In this document: piece by piece, positions 27,601-40,900 of the stretch
How the letters are laid out: each line of letters begins with the position of its first letter
Numbering within the stretch: position 1 is the stretch's first letter
Assembly (NCBI GenBank): GCA_013239625.1
Contig: MU054541.1
Coordinates: 7,793,530 to 7,857,529, forward strand
Source: Lama guanicoe
Lineage: Eukaryota
Reading direction: 5' to 3'
Length of the DNA stretch: 64,000 bases
The notes under the pieces: generated by a model
The model's database searches: none
What the model saw: the letters and a program-made list of their open reading frames with translations, nothing else
Told to the model about the DNA's origin: nothing
Position numbers and translations under genes: made by a program

Positions 27601-29311
27601 CCTAAAGTATCAACAAAATAACAATCAATGCAGATTCTCAAACCAGATGGGGAATGGAGGGGCTCGTACAGTAAAGGGGAGAAAACTTCTGGGAGAAGGG
27701 TTAAGTGGAGGTAAAGAATGCTCAGTAATCATGAACTTCGGGTGGAGAGGTTAGTTAATTATTAACAGAAGCAAGAGATTCCTGTGGCTCAAGAGTTAGG
27801 CCTGTACCAGTTCTCCCCTCCGGCTGGTGCCCCTCATCACGATGGCACTCTCCCCAAGCCTGGGGATGGCCTTACCGTTCTCTAGGCTTCTTCATTCAAG
27901 AAGCCACCGCCAATCTGTAACCTCCTGAACTATCAGCTTCTCCCCCAGAAGAAACAGGGACTTTACTGGGTACCTGCATTCCTGGACATCTCACTGACCA
28001 TGTAGACAAACTCCAGCAAGTAGCAGAGACTAAATCCAATACTGTATATTCGGAAACTCTTGTCGCCATGTAGTTACTGGAAATCCCTCTAGGACTCCAC
28101 TGGCATGTCCTTCTGGAAAGCCATGGAGAGACCAGGCCAACATTCCCCACAGCATTGGCAAAACAGACGCAAAAGCAGCTTCTTTCTTGTGCTGAGACAA
28201 GATCAGTAAGATCACCTCATATTTCATAATGAAGCTGATAGATGAACACTGCCTGCCGTATGCTAACACCTAGAACAACGTCAAACACATAAAAGGAAAT
28301 CAAAAGCACCTGAGAAACCAAGACTAGTTAAGACACTCACCAGAGAGTATTTCTTTCTTCTTGGCCTAGACACAAGCTTGCTTATCTAATTCATAAATAA
28401 GTTTAGAGGAGGAGGAATCTGCTAGACTCAAAAGAAGATGACGGAAAGGATATTTTAAAGCACACAGAGGACACAGTGGTCGGGGGCTATTTATCACTGG
28501 AGGAATGTGAGAATTATCCCACATTCCTCAGTATAAAACGGCTGAATGGGTACATTACATAATCACATCGATGCCACGTCAATCGAAAGTTAAATTAATA
28601 TTTAGTATTTGAAACAGATGATAGCATGTGTTTTTCAGATCTTCATTAAAAGTCATTTGCAACTTATAGGTTCACGCATGATAAGAGGAAGCTTCCTTTT
28701 TAGAAAATGTATTAGGGAAATGTCTTTCCTCCAAAAGTCAGGGAAGAGGCAAACTTGTGAAAAGCTCACTGGGGACTCAGAATTCAGGAAAATGGGAATG
28801 GAGCCACAAGGGCAAAAATAACAGGAAGAGAGAAACAGCCGGGAAACACAACATGGAAAAGCCTCCTAGAAAGAGACCTTCCCCTTTCCGCGGCAGGGCT
28901 CTGCTGCAAACTACAGAGATGGTGGAAACAAGGGGTCTCAGGAAGGGCTCCCAGGCCCCGACCCGGGGGTGGGGGCTGGGGGCCTCTCCCCACGAGAGGG
29001 ACTTAATTAACAAGTAAGAGAAGCGGGCTTGTCACACAGAATCATATCACACATCCCCCCTACAAACTGTGTAGTTTCAAAGCAGTAATCAATGAAAGGT
29101 GAATGTTTTTAATGTTATATTAGGTTTAAGAATTGCACAGGGTATGGGGAGGGACGGGTTATACTAGATAAATTCTACGCGTGTACTTCGTATATACAGT
29201 TTTCCATTAAAATTATAGGCAGATTTTTCTCTCCTGATTATTCAAGCGCATTAGCAAACGTGAAAAAAAAATCTGAACTTGGATCAGTCGGTGGAATCGA
29301 GAGTGCAGAAC

Positions 29312-29531
29312 NNNNNNNNNNNNNNNNNNNNNNNNNNNNNNNNNNNNNNNNNNNNNNNNNNNNNNNNNNNNNNNNNNNNNNNNNNNNNNNNNNNNNNNNN
29401 NNNNNNNNNNNNNNNNNNNNNNNNNNNNNNNNNNNNNNNNNNNNNNNNNNNNNNNNNNNNNNNNNNNNNNNNNNNNNNNNNNNNNNNNNNNNNNNNNNNN
29501 NNNNNNNNNNNNNNNNNNNNNNNNNNNNNNN
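29312..29531. other. N run (220 nt) in intron 4
   Basis: Seen directly. The other N runs are 853-984 (132 nt), 1535-1802 (268 nt) and 37798-37945 (148 nt). Confidence 0.99.
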
Positions 29532-32500
29532 ACACATACAAGCCCTCTTTCTCATTATCTTCCCTCCCCTGACCGGTTCTTTATCTTAACAAGCTAAACA
29601 TAGCTCGGTTCTATTTTGGAAAGACCCTAAAGGGATTCCCTGCTCCATCACTTAGCGGAGGAGTCAAATGCTGTAGCTTGACCTAATAAACTCCGGGCTG
29701 TCCCCCTGATTTGGCGTGTGCATGACTGGTCTTTAGTGTACACAAAGAGACGGAAAGGCATCAGCCCCTACTATCATACGAAATTAAACAACAAAACTTC
29801 AAAGTGTTCTGGTAGTGACTGGGTACGGGGACAGAGGGTTAGTTATTTACTGACTTTCTGAGTTAGAGAAATCCATCCCACGGAAATGGAAAGTCACAGA
29901 GGAAAGTGGTTGCAACTGCCTTGGTTCGTTAATCCCACTACGTAAGTACGAGACACTGATCCAGGCACCAGTCACCCCGACGGACCAGATGTCCCTACTC
30001 ACCCTGCACACCCACGCACCCAAATGCGTAAACACCAAGACTGGGGGACAACTGTCACACACTAAATGAAAACCTCTCTTTCGGGGCAGGCTTTAGAACT
30101 GACCAGGGAAGAACAACTTACAACAGGATTACCCAAACCTCGTCCACTTCTGTATGATCTAAGATTACGCACCACATTCACATGCTATTTGCTTTAAAGT
30201 GACTGACATCATGATTTCAATGGCTGATCTCTATTATATCAGAAGAAAATTAATATCACGTGTCCTAAAGGTAATTAATATTACAATAAAATTTTTAAAC
30301 ACTGGGCTAACGTCATTTCTGGCACCCCCAGGGGTACATGCAGCAGGGCTTGGGGAAGAGCCCTCCAGCCTAAGGCCAAACAAACAGGAGCCTCTATTCC
30401 GTACGGGGTAAGGAGGAGTCTGTGCAATGCCGCCCATCCTAGGACTGCTCCTCCTTACAATAAATACATGCACCCCCCAAAAAGGATGCCAATTGGCGAA
30501 AAGGACTCTAGCTGGAACCCCAGAATCCAAGACGAAGCGTCAGCTCGGCAGTCATGTGCTCACCTGTCAGGAGACTCAGTTTACTTGCCCGTACAATGAG
30601 CTTAATGTCTTCAAAAATAAAAGCCATGATGACCTCAAAGCCTGGGAGGAACACAGACAAAAGCACTGTGAACACCCACATTTCAGCTGATACGTGACTT
30701 CAGCGAAAAAACAACTCAGGACAGGCTGTTATGTCCCACAAGTAAGGGCAAAGGCGATTTGTTTCCCATCTGCTTTCCTAAATGGGAAAGTTAGTGGATT
30801 GGTGACAAGGAAAGGGGGGTGTGGGCAGGGAGACGGGATGGAAACACAAAGAACTCAAGTTAGAATTTCTGGAACTTGGGAACAGGCGGGAGAGCAATGC
30901 CTTCTGAGAGCTGGAGACCTGCAGCCCCTAAGAGTCTTTTTCAAGGGAGTAAGCGACGGCGTGACTGTCACCTCAGCGCCCCCTCTTCAGTTATGTGCTC
31001 CCAGGTGTGCCTGCTGACCCCATGTCAGGGCACGTGTTCTGTCTGCAAGAGCCCTGCAGTGAGGGACTTGGCAAGAGAGCTACGTTCCCTCCCAACAATG
31101 TCAGCTCGTGGGCTGACCCAGCCGACGGCAAAGGGAGCAAGTACCTTTTAATTAACAGCTGAAATGCTCCCCATAGGGTCTTTCCCCCGTGCTGTCTATT
31201 CCTGTGGTTTGAAACATACAAGAACAACCATCCAATCAAACGCAACCAGGTCTCGGGATCTCTTCACCACCAATGAATGAATGCCCACGTCACATCACGT
31301 AACAGCCACGTGGGCTCAACCTACGTAACTTCTACCCACAGAAGCAGAGCTGGAAACAAGCCAGAAATCAGCTTCATCAAGGTCACAGGGAGGCTGTCTG
31401 AACACCAACGTCTGTGCTCACTTCACCACGAAAGGGTCCACAAACCCTGAGAGAGGCCATAAACACAGGGGAAGGGCCATGCCTTTGGGACATGGATATC
31501 GAATACCTGAATGCTGACTGCTGCCAGCAAAGCGCTCAGCAAACCAAACAGGACTATCCCTACTTCAAGTGTTTTTTCCCCCCACCAACCTCTAAATGGA
31601 TTTCAAGAAAGACTAAGGGACTCTCCAGAAACTAAGGGGAAGGCCAGAGACTAGAGTGAGAAGGATACTGAATCCGCGCCGGCAGTCACTGGCAGGCCGA
31701 GGGGGCCCGCTTCATCTTCAGGGAGGGCGATGTGTGGTCAAGGGCCAGCTGGCCTGGAGTGGGGCCAGCCCTGAGCAAAGTGTCTCAGACTCTGAACCAC
31801 TGATCAAGGTCACAGAGCAATTAGAGGGGATCCATCCCTCCCCTCCTCGGCACTTACAGATTCCAGGGTTTCATGTTTCCTCATAACTAGCCTGATAAAC
31901 TATCCTGGCAAATAAACTGCTTGCTCAGCATAACTCAGCCAAGTTAACACAGACTCTACTGGAAGACCAAGCAGATGAGGAACATACGGCCGGCCTGATT
32001 TGGAGAAAAGTGAGGGTGGCCACCGATACCCTCTAGGTGGTGAGAATACCACGTCGGATCACACCTTCCCTGCTACCTCTCTCAAAAAATTAAGATGCAA
32101 ACAACGCCTCTTAGAAGGATCCATCAAAAAAAAGTTGTGTACCACTGTGACAGGGGGCTTTCCTCCCCAAAGAGATGGTGTAATATACCACATTCTCATT
32201 TTGCTCAAGGAAGTTCATTATTAGCGCCATAGTGTTCCTTGCAATTGGAGGATTACTTAATTGCTTTTTAGCAGGTTAATCCCCTTTCATTCTGTGACCT
32301 CTAAATCACCCCAGGCTTTTGCATTTGCCCTACTTAGAATTTATCCTCCTCAATACCCAAAGCCAGTACTATATCAAAATATGTGCTCCTGGCCAATAAA
32401 GCCGGCAACTGCCTCTAGAGAAAATTCCATGTGTGTGCTGTCTCTTCTAGTACCTGCGTTCTACTCAGCTGGTCTCTTAGACTGTTCCTCCTAAATTTCA

Positions 32501-32559
32501 AACAGAACACCTCTCCTATCCCCTGTCAGTCTGCCTAAATTCACTAGGAAATAATAAGT

Positions 32560-33170
32560 GTACTGGAAGCACCTACCACAGGCACCATCCGGCCTGCTTC
32601 ACACCCATGACTTCAACCTCACAGCAACTGTGTGCGGAAGACACCACACACCGATTTTACAAATGAGGACACTTGGGCTGAGAGCAGCTTAAGTCCTCTA
32701 CCCAAGATCGACCAGGCTCCATTCAGCTCCTGCCTGAGTTCCTAAAATAAAACCCTCTCGATAGGCTCCCTATAGCCTCAACCCATTTTCCGATGCCGCC
32801 AGGATCATCTTACTCAACCAGGGCACATTAAACCTCGGGGATGCCCTAATACCCCGCCCAGGGCCCACATCTAAGTTTCCTGCTTTCACGAGGGGCACTC
32901 CAGGCAACCAACCCAACACCAGCCCACGCTTTGGTCGGGGCTTCTGCAGAACCTTCCCTGCCTACCAAGCCAGCTCACAGGTTACTTCCTTCCCGCAGTC
33001 ACCCAGACACAGCCCTGGGCAGGGAGCTCACTCCTTCCTGCTCCACACAGGTACCCTCTCCCCTGGCACTGCCAGGAGCCTACTGCACCCACCACACTGC
33101 TTTCCTGCTTCTAGGTGTCTAGCATATAAAAGGGGTTCAATGAAGGCTTGCTGAATTAATTAGCAACTGA
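32560..33170 (-). mobile_element. MIR and adjacent L2 fragments
   Basis: ATTTTACAAATGAGGACACTTGGGCTGAGAG (MIR core). L2-type end GGTTCAATGAAGGCTTGCTGAATTAATT. Confidence 0.5.
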
Positions 33171-36100
33171 ACGACAGCGGAGCACTGAAGATTCTCTAAG
33201 ACCCGGGAAACAAAAGGCATGCAGTTCCCCCAAACAGAAAGAACTGCTTCAGCTCTGCTGACAGTGTGGGTCTTTCCTAGAAACCCACCCACCACCACCC
33301 CTTAGCTCTCTTCTGGCTGAACTGTGACACCAGACTGTGACATCCACGCTCAGAAGGAGCAACCATGTGTAGGTGTGTATCTTCAGGGTTTGCTCTTTGG
33401 GGAGCCCCCTTGTTCACAGCGCCCCTTAAAGAGAAAAATATAAACAAGAGAATCACTTAACCCGCCGCTGTTCTACTGTGTAGCTTTTTAATCTGCTTAT
33501 AATCACAGAACAAAGAGAGGAAGACAGAACTCATTAAGAATAAAGAGACTAGTGACAGAAACGCAGCAACGGTTCGAGACGCTGCGCGCTGCATGGGGCA
33601 CCCTTCCCCCCCTTCCCCAAGGGTACGGGTCCATGTACCTGAGAAAGATACTAGTTAAGCCTCTGGCAGGAGACATGTGAACCCCATTCAAAGCAGCCAT
33701 TTAAACGTAAACACACTGCAGGCAAGAACTCCAGGCAGCCGGCACTACCAACTTCCTCTCCTTTAGAGATTTTAGGTCCTGACAGGAGAGAGCTTTGCCA
33801 AACTTCACTGAAAGGTCTCTGAGTGCTTGCAAACAGATTTTTAAAAAATCTCTAAAGCTTCTTAACCCTGAACGAAGGCTGCCGTGTTTACATGCACACA
33901 GTAATCCCAGGACTATTAATAGGTCAGCTTTTCGATGAAGATGCTTAATGGAGTCGTGGGGAGAAGGCTGGATCTCAGGCTCACTGGGTGTCGCTGATGG
34001 ACGATGAAGACCGAGGCTCAAAGAACCCCACTTTCCCTCTTTTGCTCAGCCCCAAGATTTATCCTCTTCCATATTCCAAATTAACGCTGAGGCTATTAGA
34101 GGCAATAATTGGGGACTGGAGAAAAGAATTGTCTGTAATCTTTGGCAACAAACATCGTGTTCAGATCTTTGATTTCTTCATGATTTCAGGAGCCAGACTT
34201 TGTTTCCTATCACTCCCGAGTTTATTAGTAAGACCGCCTTCTTTACCCCAACACAGTGACTGTGCTCCTGAGGCTGAACATCAAATATGGGGCTCGGACA
34301 AGCTCTGTTTCGCTTGGAACCCGCACCAAAAGAGAAGTATCAGAATCAGAACGCTGAGATAGAAAGTTAACCAGATTCCCAACTGCCAACTTTGCCTGTA
34401 AAGATTCCAGAGGAGGCAAAGACTTAGGTGAGGATAGGTGTCATTAGCATCTGATATCTACAAGCAAGAAATACACCTAACTGTGAACAAAGAATCAGAT
34501 AAATTATGAGACATCCACACCATGGAGCCATGGGAAACCCAGATTACGAAAATGTAATGCAGTTCCACTGAGGGGAAGGGGGTGACTCTTATTGTACAGG
34601 CACAGAGAAGGCTTAGTAACACTGACCAAACAGGACGTCAACAGTGGCTGTCTCTGGGAGATTGGGGGGGGCCGGGGGAGACTGGGGCGACGCCGCGTAT
34701 TTTTATTTATTTATTTGTTTGGCCTGTTTCTCCATTTTTTCTGCTGATCTTCCCTTTAGGAACATGAAATACGTCTAGGACTTAAAAAAAAGTCTGACAC
34801 CTTATTTTTCTCCATTTGAAATTGAAAGAAAATTAGTAAAGAACCACTTCAACAGAGATCATCTCACCCTCGTACAATTCAAATTGAGTTTTAATTAGCT
34901 CAAGGAATTGCGTATTGAAAAATGCCATCTAATGCCACCAAACCCACCACATTTCCAGGATCACAAAGTACTTAATGAATCACCTATCATTTGGGGCTTT
35001 TAGAAAAGCCAGATCAGGTAAACACGCCTGACCTCACAAAGCCGTGGTTTTTTATTTTTTAAAAAAGGTGCCTCCACACTTTAAATACCTCAGTACAGGA
35101 GAAAGACTAAGAGAGTACAATACTCTGTCAAACCCTTATTGCATGTCAGCTAAAAACAAGTAACAAAAAAACCTATTATATTGCCTGGCTCACAGACGTA
35201 GCAATAAATTTCCAAGCCTCAGAGCATTTTTTCAAAACTGTTTTAAACATCTTTTAGGTTTCACTTATTGAAACCTTTGTTCCTTCTGACAACTGAAAGA
35301 AGAAAACTGTGTCTATGAAAAGACAAGACTCTCGTGTCTTTTAAGGAGTCTGGAAGTGTTGAAGCTGGGTACCTGGAAATGTTTCCCCAGATGCCATTTA
35401 CTTGAGCAATAAGCATGTCTCTCCAAGTAAGGTCCTCTCCAAATCACTCAAAACTATGGAAAATATGAAATAATGCATATACAGATACACATGGCACAAA
35501 CACAAATTCATCTCTAAAAACAAATCATACCTACTTCATATGAAAAACTTTCATAACTAAATTCTATAATCAGCAGAGCAGTGTTCTGACACCGTAACAA
35601 ATCAGGATGCGTCAATCTTCCTCAAGAGAAGTAAAGGGTTAAGGCACGGTTCCCAGGTCTATCCTGGCTCCAGTGGAACTAAAAAGAACCAAAGGCGGAG
35701 TCCCACCAACGCAGAGCTTCACCTACTTACCTGAAGCATCCTGCTGCTGGTGACACTGCAGACCCTTCAAAGATCCCTTTGACTCAAATTCCTCCTTCTG
35801 AGCACCTGGTCCCCTTCACTCTCCATTTCTGGTGATACCACCCCACACCCTACCAGCCTCAGGCCTGCTGGTCATTCTCACCTTTCCTCTTCCTTTCACC
35901 CCTCACAGCCAATCCAGCACCTGATTCCTTCCTGTTGGCTTTTCATACCGTCCTCTCCATCTTCACCCTCAACACCCAGGATCACCAGGACCTCTCGGCA
36001 GGCAAGGTGCTGTGTCAAACTCAAGGGCGCTGCTGGTAGGAGGCCCAGCTACCCCCATCTCCCTTTAGTGAGGGTCGAGGGAGCCACCCTGAAACACAAA

Positions 36101-36199
36101 CATTCTCCTCCTTCACATCTTAAGCATCCTGGAGCACTACCAACAGCCTGCAATGTCGAACATAAACCTCCGCCCTTCATTCTCCCTCCCCTAACAATT

Positions 36200-37165
36200 C
36201 AATCCTGACACAAACTGGTGAGAGTGCAAGCAGGGGAGGGAGGCAGGAGCGTGTCAGGTGTGAGAGCCAAGTCCAGGTGAAGAGGTGGTCACACGTGGGG
36301 CAGCCTGCTCAGGGGGTCGGAGCCAAGTGAGATCAGAAGGGCTGGGGGCAGGGGGCCAGCAGAGATGGGAGGTGGGGCACACTGGGAAAGATGGATCATA
36401 CACACAAATACATTATGGATAATGGGAGCCAGACTTCTCGGGGTTTAATACGGGAAAAAAAAAAAGAAAGAAAGATAACCAGAAAGAACTTTTTGGTGCT
36501 AAACTAAAACTGGGGGCCTTGGTGCTCATTCATGGATCTTAACAGACCTAGAGACACAGATACACACACTAAACGAGCACGTGTGTACACATTTCTTGCA
36601 CTTATACACCCACACACACACTACATTTCCACTGCACTCGTTATGAGCACAGCTCATGCCCAGACTTTAGCTTCTAAGAGCAGTTGTTCCTTAAAATAAA
36701 CAGGGCTCCTTGGACAAATGGCTGGTTCCAGGGCTGAGGGAAGGAGTGCCCAACATGAGCCTGGGGCATTCTGCTGTGCCAGGGAGCCAGGCTGGAAGGG
36801 TGACAGGGACGTGTCAGAAGGCAAAGGAAGCCAGCTTGAAGGGGCTCACTGCCGAGATCTGGGACAATCTAACATCAAAATGAATAACAGTAGCAGTTTA
36901 CCACCCTTCGAACAAAACAGGAAATGAGTCCACACAGATACCAAAAAATCAGTACACTTAGGTTGACGAGAAGTGAAATACGCGTTTCAAAGCGCCTCCC
37001 CATGAAATACTTAATAAATTATAAAGGCCGAAGAGGCTAAGTGGAGACGCCTGACAGACCTACCTTATTCGAGTGACCAATGTGAGCGACAAGATTGAAA
37101 TCGTGCACCCAACAGGGCACAGTGAGGAGAATCAAGACTCACTTGCGTGATACTCTTGACCAAAA
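36200..37165 (+). mobile_element. Old L1 (L1MC/L1MD-type) 3'UTR fragment
   Basis: CCAGACTTTAGCTTCTAA...CAGGGCTCCTTGGACAAATGGCTGGTTCCAGGGCTG...AAAGGAAGCCAGCTTGAAGGGGCTC...TCTGGGACAAT. Confidence 0.7.
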
Positions 37166-37812
37166 CTGAAGAGTCTCTCAATCTCTCTCATCATCTTTTG
37201 AGTTTTTCCCTCACTAACTTCCCAGAGTAGGTACTTTCCCCAAATGAGGCCGTGTAAACCCAAACCCATCCCTCACACTCCCTGTTCACGGGTCCTGCTC
37301 GTGTGCACAGAGCAGCGTCTGCACTGCTAACTGCACTCAGAAAGCGCGGCTACTGCCTTCCCTAAAGCGGCTCGGCCCCGGGAGGGGTGAGGACACTCAG
37401 TCAGCACGGCTTACTTCCAGACCTCAGGAAACACCAGGAAAGCAAGGGAAGGGTGCATCACACCCATTCACAATCCCCCACCAAAGCCTGTGTGTGATGG
37501 TGGAGGTGGAGGTGGAGTTCCTAAAAAGACGCCAGGGAGAAGTCGATTATTCAGAAACTACAAATTGTGACATTGTGGGTTGAGAAGCCAAGAAAGGTGA
37601 TTTAAGAGTCAAAGAAAAATAGAAGGAGAAATACATATGAAGGCTGAAGCACCCTCTTGGTGAGATTTCTCACCTTAAACTCGCCCTCCCTCAAACCAGG
37701 AGGGGGAATTCAAACATGAGCAGAGCAGAGACCAAAGCCAGCACTGACTCCTGGGTAGGACCTGTACCCTTTTCTTTCAGCTGCTCCGTCCAAACTGNNN
37801 NNNNNNNNNNNN

Positions 37813-37982
37813 NNNNNNNNNNNNNNNNNNNNNNNNNNNNNNNNNNNNNNNNNNNNNNNNNNNNNNNNNNNNNNNNNNNNNNNNNNNNNNNNNNNNNNNN
37901 NNNNNNNNNNNNNNNNNNNNNNNNNNNNNNNNNNNNNNNNNNNNNGGATTGAGCAAACTTCCTTTGTGCTTGCAGCCTGGGC
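37813..37982 (-). CDS. JARID2: JARID2 exon 4 (only 37946-37982 visible; 3' end inferred inside the N run)
   Basis: Acceptor TTTCTTTTGCCCTTACAG|G, then CCC AGG CTG CAA GCA CAA AGG AAG TTT GCT CAA TCC = (R)PRLQAQRKFAQS. This includes the PRC2-methylated lysine K116 (codon 37960-37958). The end at 37813 assumes the 170-bp human length. The ORF track missed this frame. Confidence 0.9.
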
Positions 37983-40900
37983 CTGTAAGGGCAAAAGAAA
38001 ATTAAAAATAAATTAACCAGAGATCGGAGGATATAGATCTACGTGCAGCAATAAAATCATGACACAAAAGGGAAAAGAGACCCTATTTCAAGCAAACTCT
38101 TTCTAATTAAGGTTCTGTATCTCTCACACTCTCATAAACCATGAGCCTGCTTTAAAGGGCAATAAATTTGCCTAAAGGGCTATGTTTTACACACCGGTAA
38201 TATGCACCCTGAGATTGTGTGTATGTGTGCGTACAAGGGCATGCCTGTGCACAAACCACGTGCATGCCTGGGTATTTCAATGACAGCACGTGGCGCTGGG
38301 TGACACGGGGCTAATGGCTTTTGGACGTTTAGCCACATTTACATGGCATTCTGCTCTAACAAGATACTGTCGCAAACACAAGCCCAGCTGCCTTCACACT
38401 GTGTCCTTGCACCTGGCCCACCTGGGCCTGTCACTGACCTTGTCTTACACCCCAGGGGAAGTAGTCTCCCCATCTCTAAACTCATCTGACTCCAATTCAG
38501 CCACATAAAAGACTACATTAATTTTTAAAGCATGTACTGCAGAAAAAAAAAATCTATTTCTCTAGTCTATTCAAAACCCCTCCTTCACCACCAAATTACG
38601 TGTTACCCTCGCCTATACAAAAGCTCCTTAGAGTCAGGGATTCAATAAACTGGCCTTAACCTACCTTTCAGGCCTATTCCCCTCATCACCATCCTACAGA
38701 GACCGAACCCCTGATTTACCCACTTGGCATCTGCAAATCACAACTTAGATCTCCTTAACCAGACCTCGTTCATTTACAGAATTTTACGTGTCAGACATTC
38801 TATTAATTTGAATCCTAATGAACCTTGCAAAGGTTTATTTACTTCTTTCCTAACGCTGTGGCCAATAGTTAATTTTCCTTTCTCTACTGAGTATTTTTAC
38901 CCTCTGTGTAACTGATGTGACCTTTATCATAAATTGCCTCCTATTAGCTCTTCCTTCAGTTTTCAAGATCTCAGAGCCTCGTGGCAAGTAAGCACCTGAG
39001 GGTGCAGACCAATGTGTGTCCTGCTTTAAACCATCTCTCTTGGCCCTACTCATAAAGATGCTCAAGAAATTGTGTATGAGAGCAAGGGGGGATAAAGACC
39101 CCAAAAGCAGCCCTATAGCACAGGGCTTTGAATAGCTCTGGTTCAGACTCCAAATCGGAATCAATCACTGCGTGGGACTGACAATGCCCCCGCACCCCGC
39201 CAATCCAAGTCAGGGCTGTTCGGAGTATCACACGCGTCTATGCTCGTAAAGCACAAGCACGTCTTCCCGTAGCTACTGCTGGGATTGTATGAAACAGCAC
39301 ACGCATAGTATCTTCAAAATGCTCTAACAGCGTAAGTTAACAATCCAGTATTCAACAAAACACTCCCCCCCCCACACTGGTTTTGTCCTTTGTAAAAATT
39401 AGTACCTTTAAGTTTAACCTCCCCTGGGTCCCACCCAGACTCTACTCCTCCTCCCCTAGGACCCACCAAAAACACCTCTGCACAGGTCACGTTCCCGATA
39501 TGAACTGACACGTGGTCAAAGGAGAAACAGCATGACTGCCGCTTACTGACTGGGCAACAACTCTCCATCCTTAAAGTCCAGTAACATTACAGCGAATCAA
39601 AAGCACCCAGGAATAGCCAAAGGGAAACAGCCGCAGAACAAGGTACTGGTGGAAAGCTAAACGACTTTAAGAGAAATTTCAAACATTGTAATGGTAAGGG
39701 AACAAAACGATACCCCGTTCCTGTGTTATGCAGAACGGAGAGCTTTTTTTTGTCCTCCCCCTCAACCACTGTCTAGAAGACAGTGAGTGAGCAGAAGTAT
39801 GTGCTGGACAAGCCATCAAGCGCAGGAGTGGCCTTCCAGGAGGATCAGACGGGACAGGGTTGGCTGACTGAGAGACCTGAGGGCAGTGCTTCTCAAACTG
39901 AGAGGAAAATCTCTTTTGTATTTGGTTCTTTCTCACCACCTTAGATTTTCTGCATATTGCAAATGGGTATTTTTGTAAGAAAAGAGTAGCTACTGTAAAG
40001 GGAAAATGAAAGATATAAACTACAAGCTCGAATTTATTAGATTTAACAGATATAAAACTCAACCTCGGTCCCACAAGCCACACCCTCGCCAGGCACTGCC
40101 ACCCTCAGGGTGGGCTGGCCGCAGGAGGCCTACCCTCCTCGTCCAACAGAGATGCTCTTCTCCACCAACCTTCTCGCCCTGTTAGAAAACCTGTCAGAAA
40201 ACCCCTTTTCAGTTGGAAAACCTAACTGCAATTTTATGATGTGTACATCTTCATGTAAATGGACACAACTCATGAGCTACTACTACAGGGACCTAATGCT
40301 TCCTGCGTGTGAACAGGATGCTCAGTGCTTACTGCTTTCCCAAAAGCTGGCAAATGACGAATGCCACACATTACGAGAAGCCGCACACAGCCTGAATGAA
40401 AAACAAACCCGCCAACAGAGGTGGAGTGCAGACCCTGGAGCAGACCCGGCACAACGTGCTACAATTTTAGAACCGCAGAGATAAATGCTCTGACCGCTGC
40501 TCAAATAAAAGACGCTTTTCTGCCTGATGACTTTCTCAGGGAGGCTATGAAAAATAAGGCCACAACAGATTAAAAAGCGGCAGTAAAATAAATTACCCCT
40601 CAAAGGAACATGCCGAGCTCCCAAGTGATTAAGCATTTGTGAGACTCAGATGAAAGCAGGAACTAAAGAACAAGACAAACCAATATCTTTTTAAAGAGGC
40701 CCGAAGAATCCATACTTCGCAGAAAGGGCAGGTCTGCGGTTTGCCTTTTCATCGGGCAGAGTCCCGGGGGATTACAAAGGTGTGACTTTGCTTGGCTGGC
40801 CCCACACGACAAAGGAATCTGAAGGAATCTGAATGACACAACTCGGAGGCCAAGTCCTGGAGGAAGCTCTTAGCTGTGCCGGTATGCTGGCAGGATAGGT

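Noticed and set aside
30970-30992. CTCF-like half motif (minus strand GAAGAGGGGGCGCTG); also CCAGCAGGGGGATG near 24863
   Set aside because: Only partial matches to the core, and they cannot be supported without PWM scoring or ChIP data.
35725-35735. Perfect minus-strand donor CAG|GTAAGT (and CAG|GTGAGT at about 18862-18870)
   Set aside because: I found no convincing upstream acceptor with a pyrimidine tract at exon distance. Isolated consensus donors are common.
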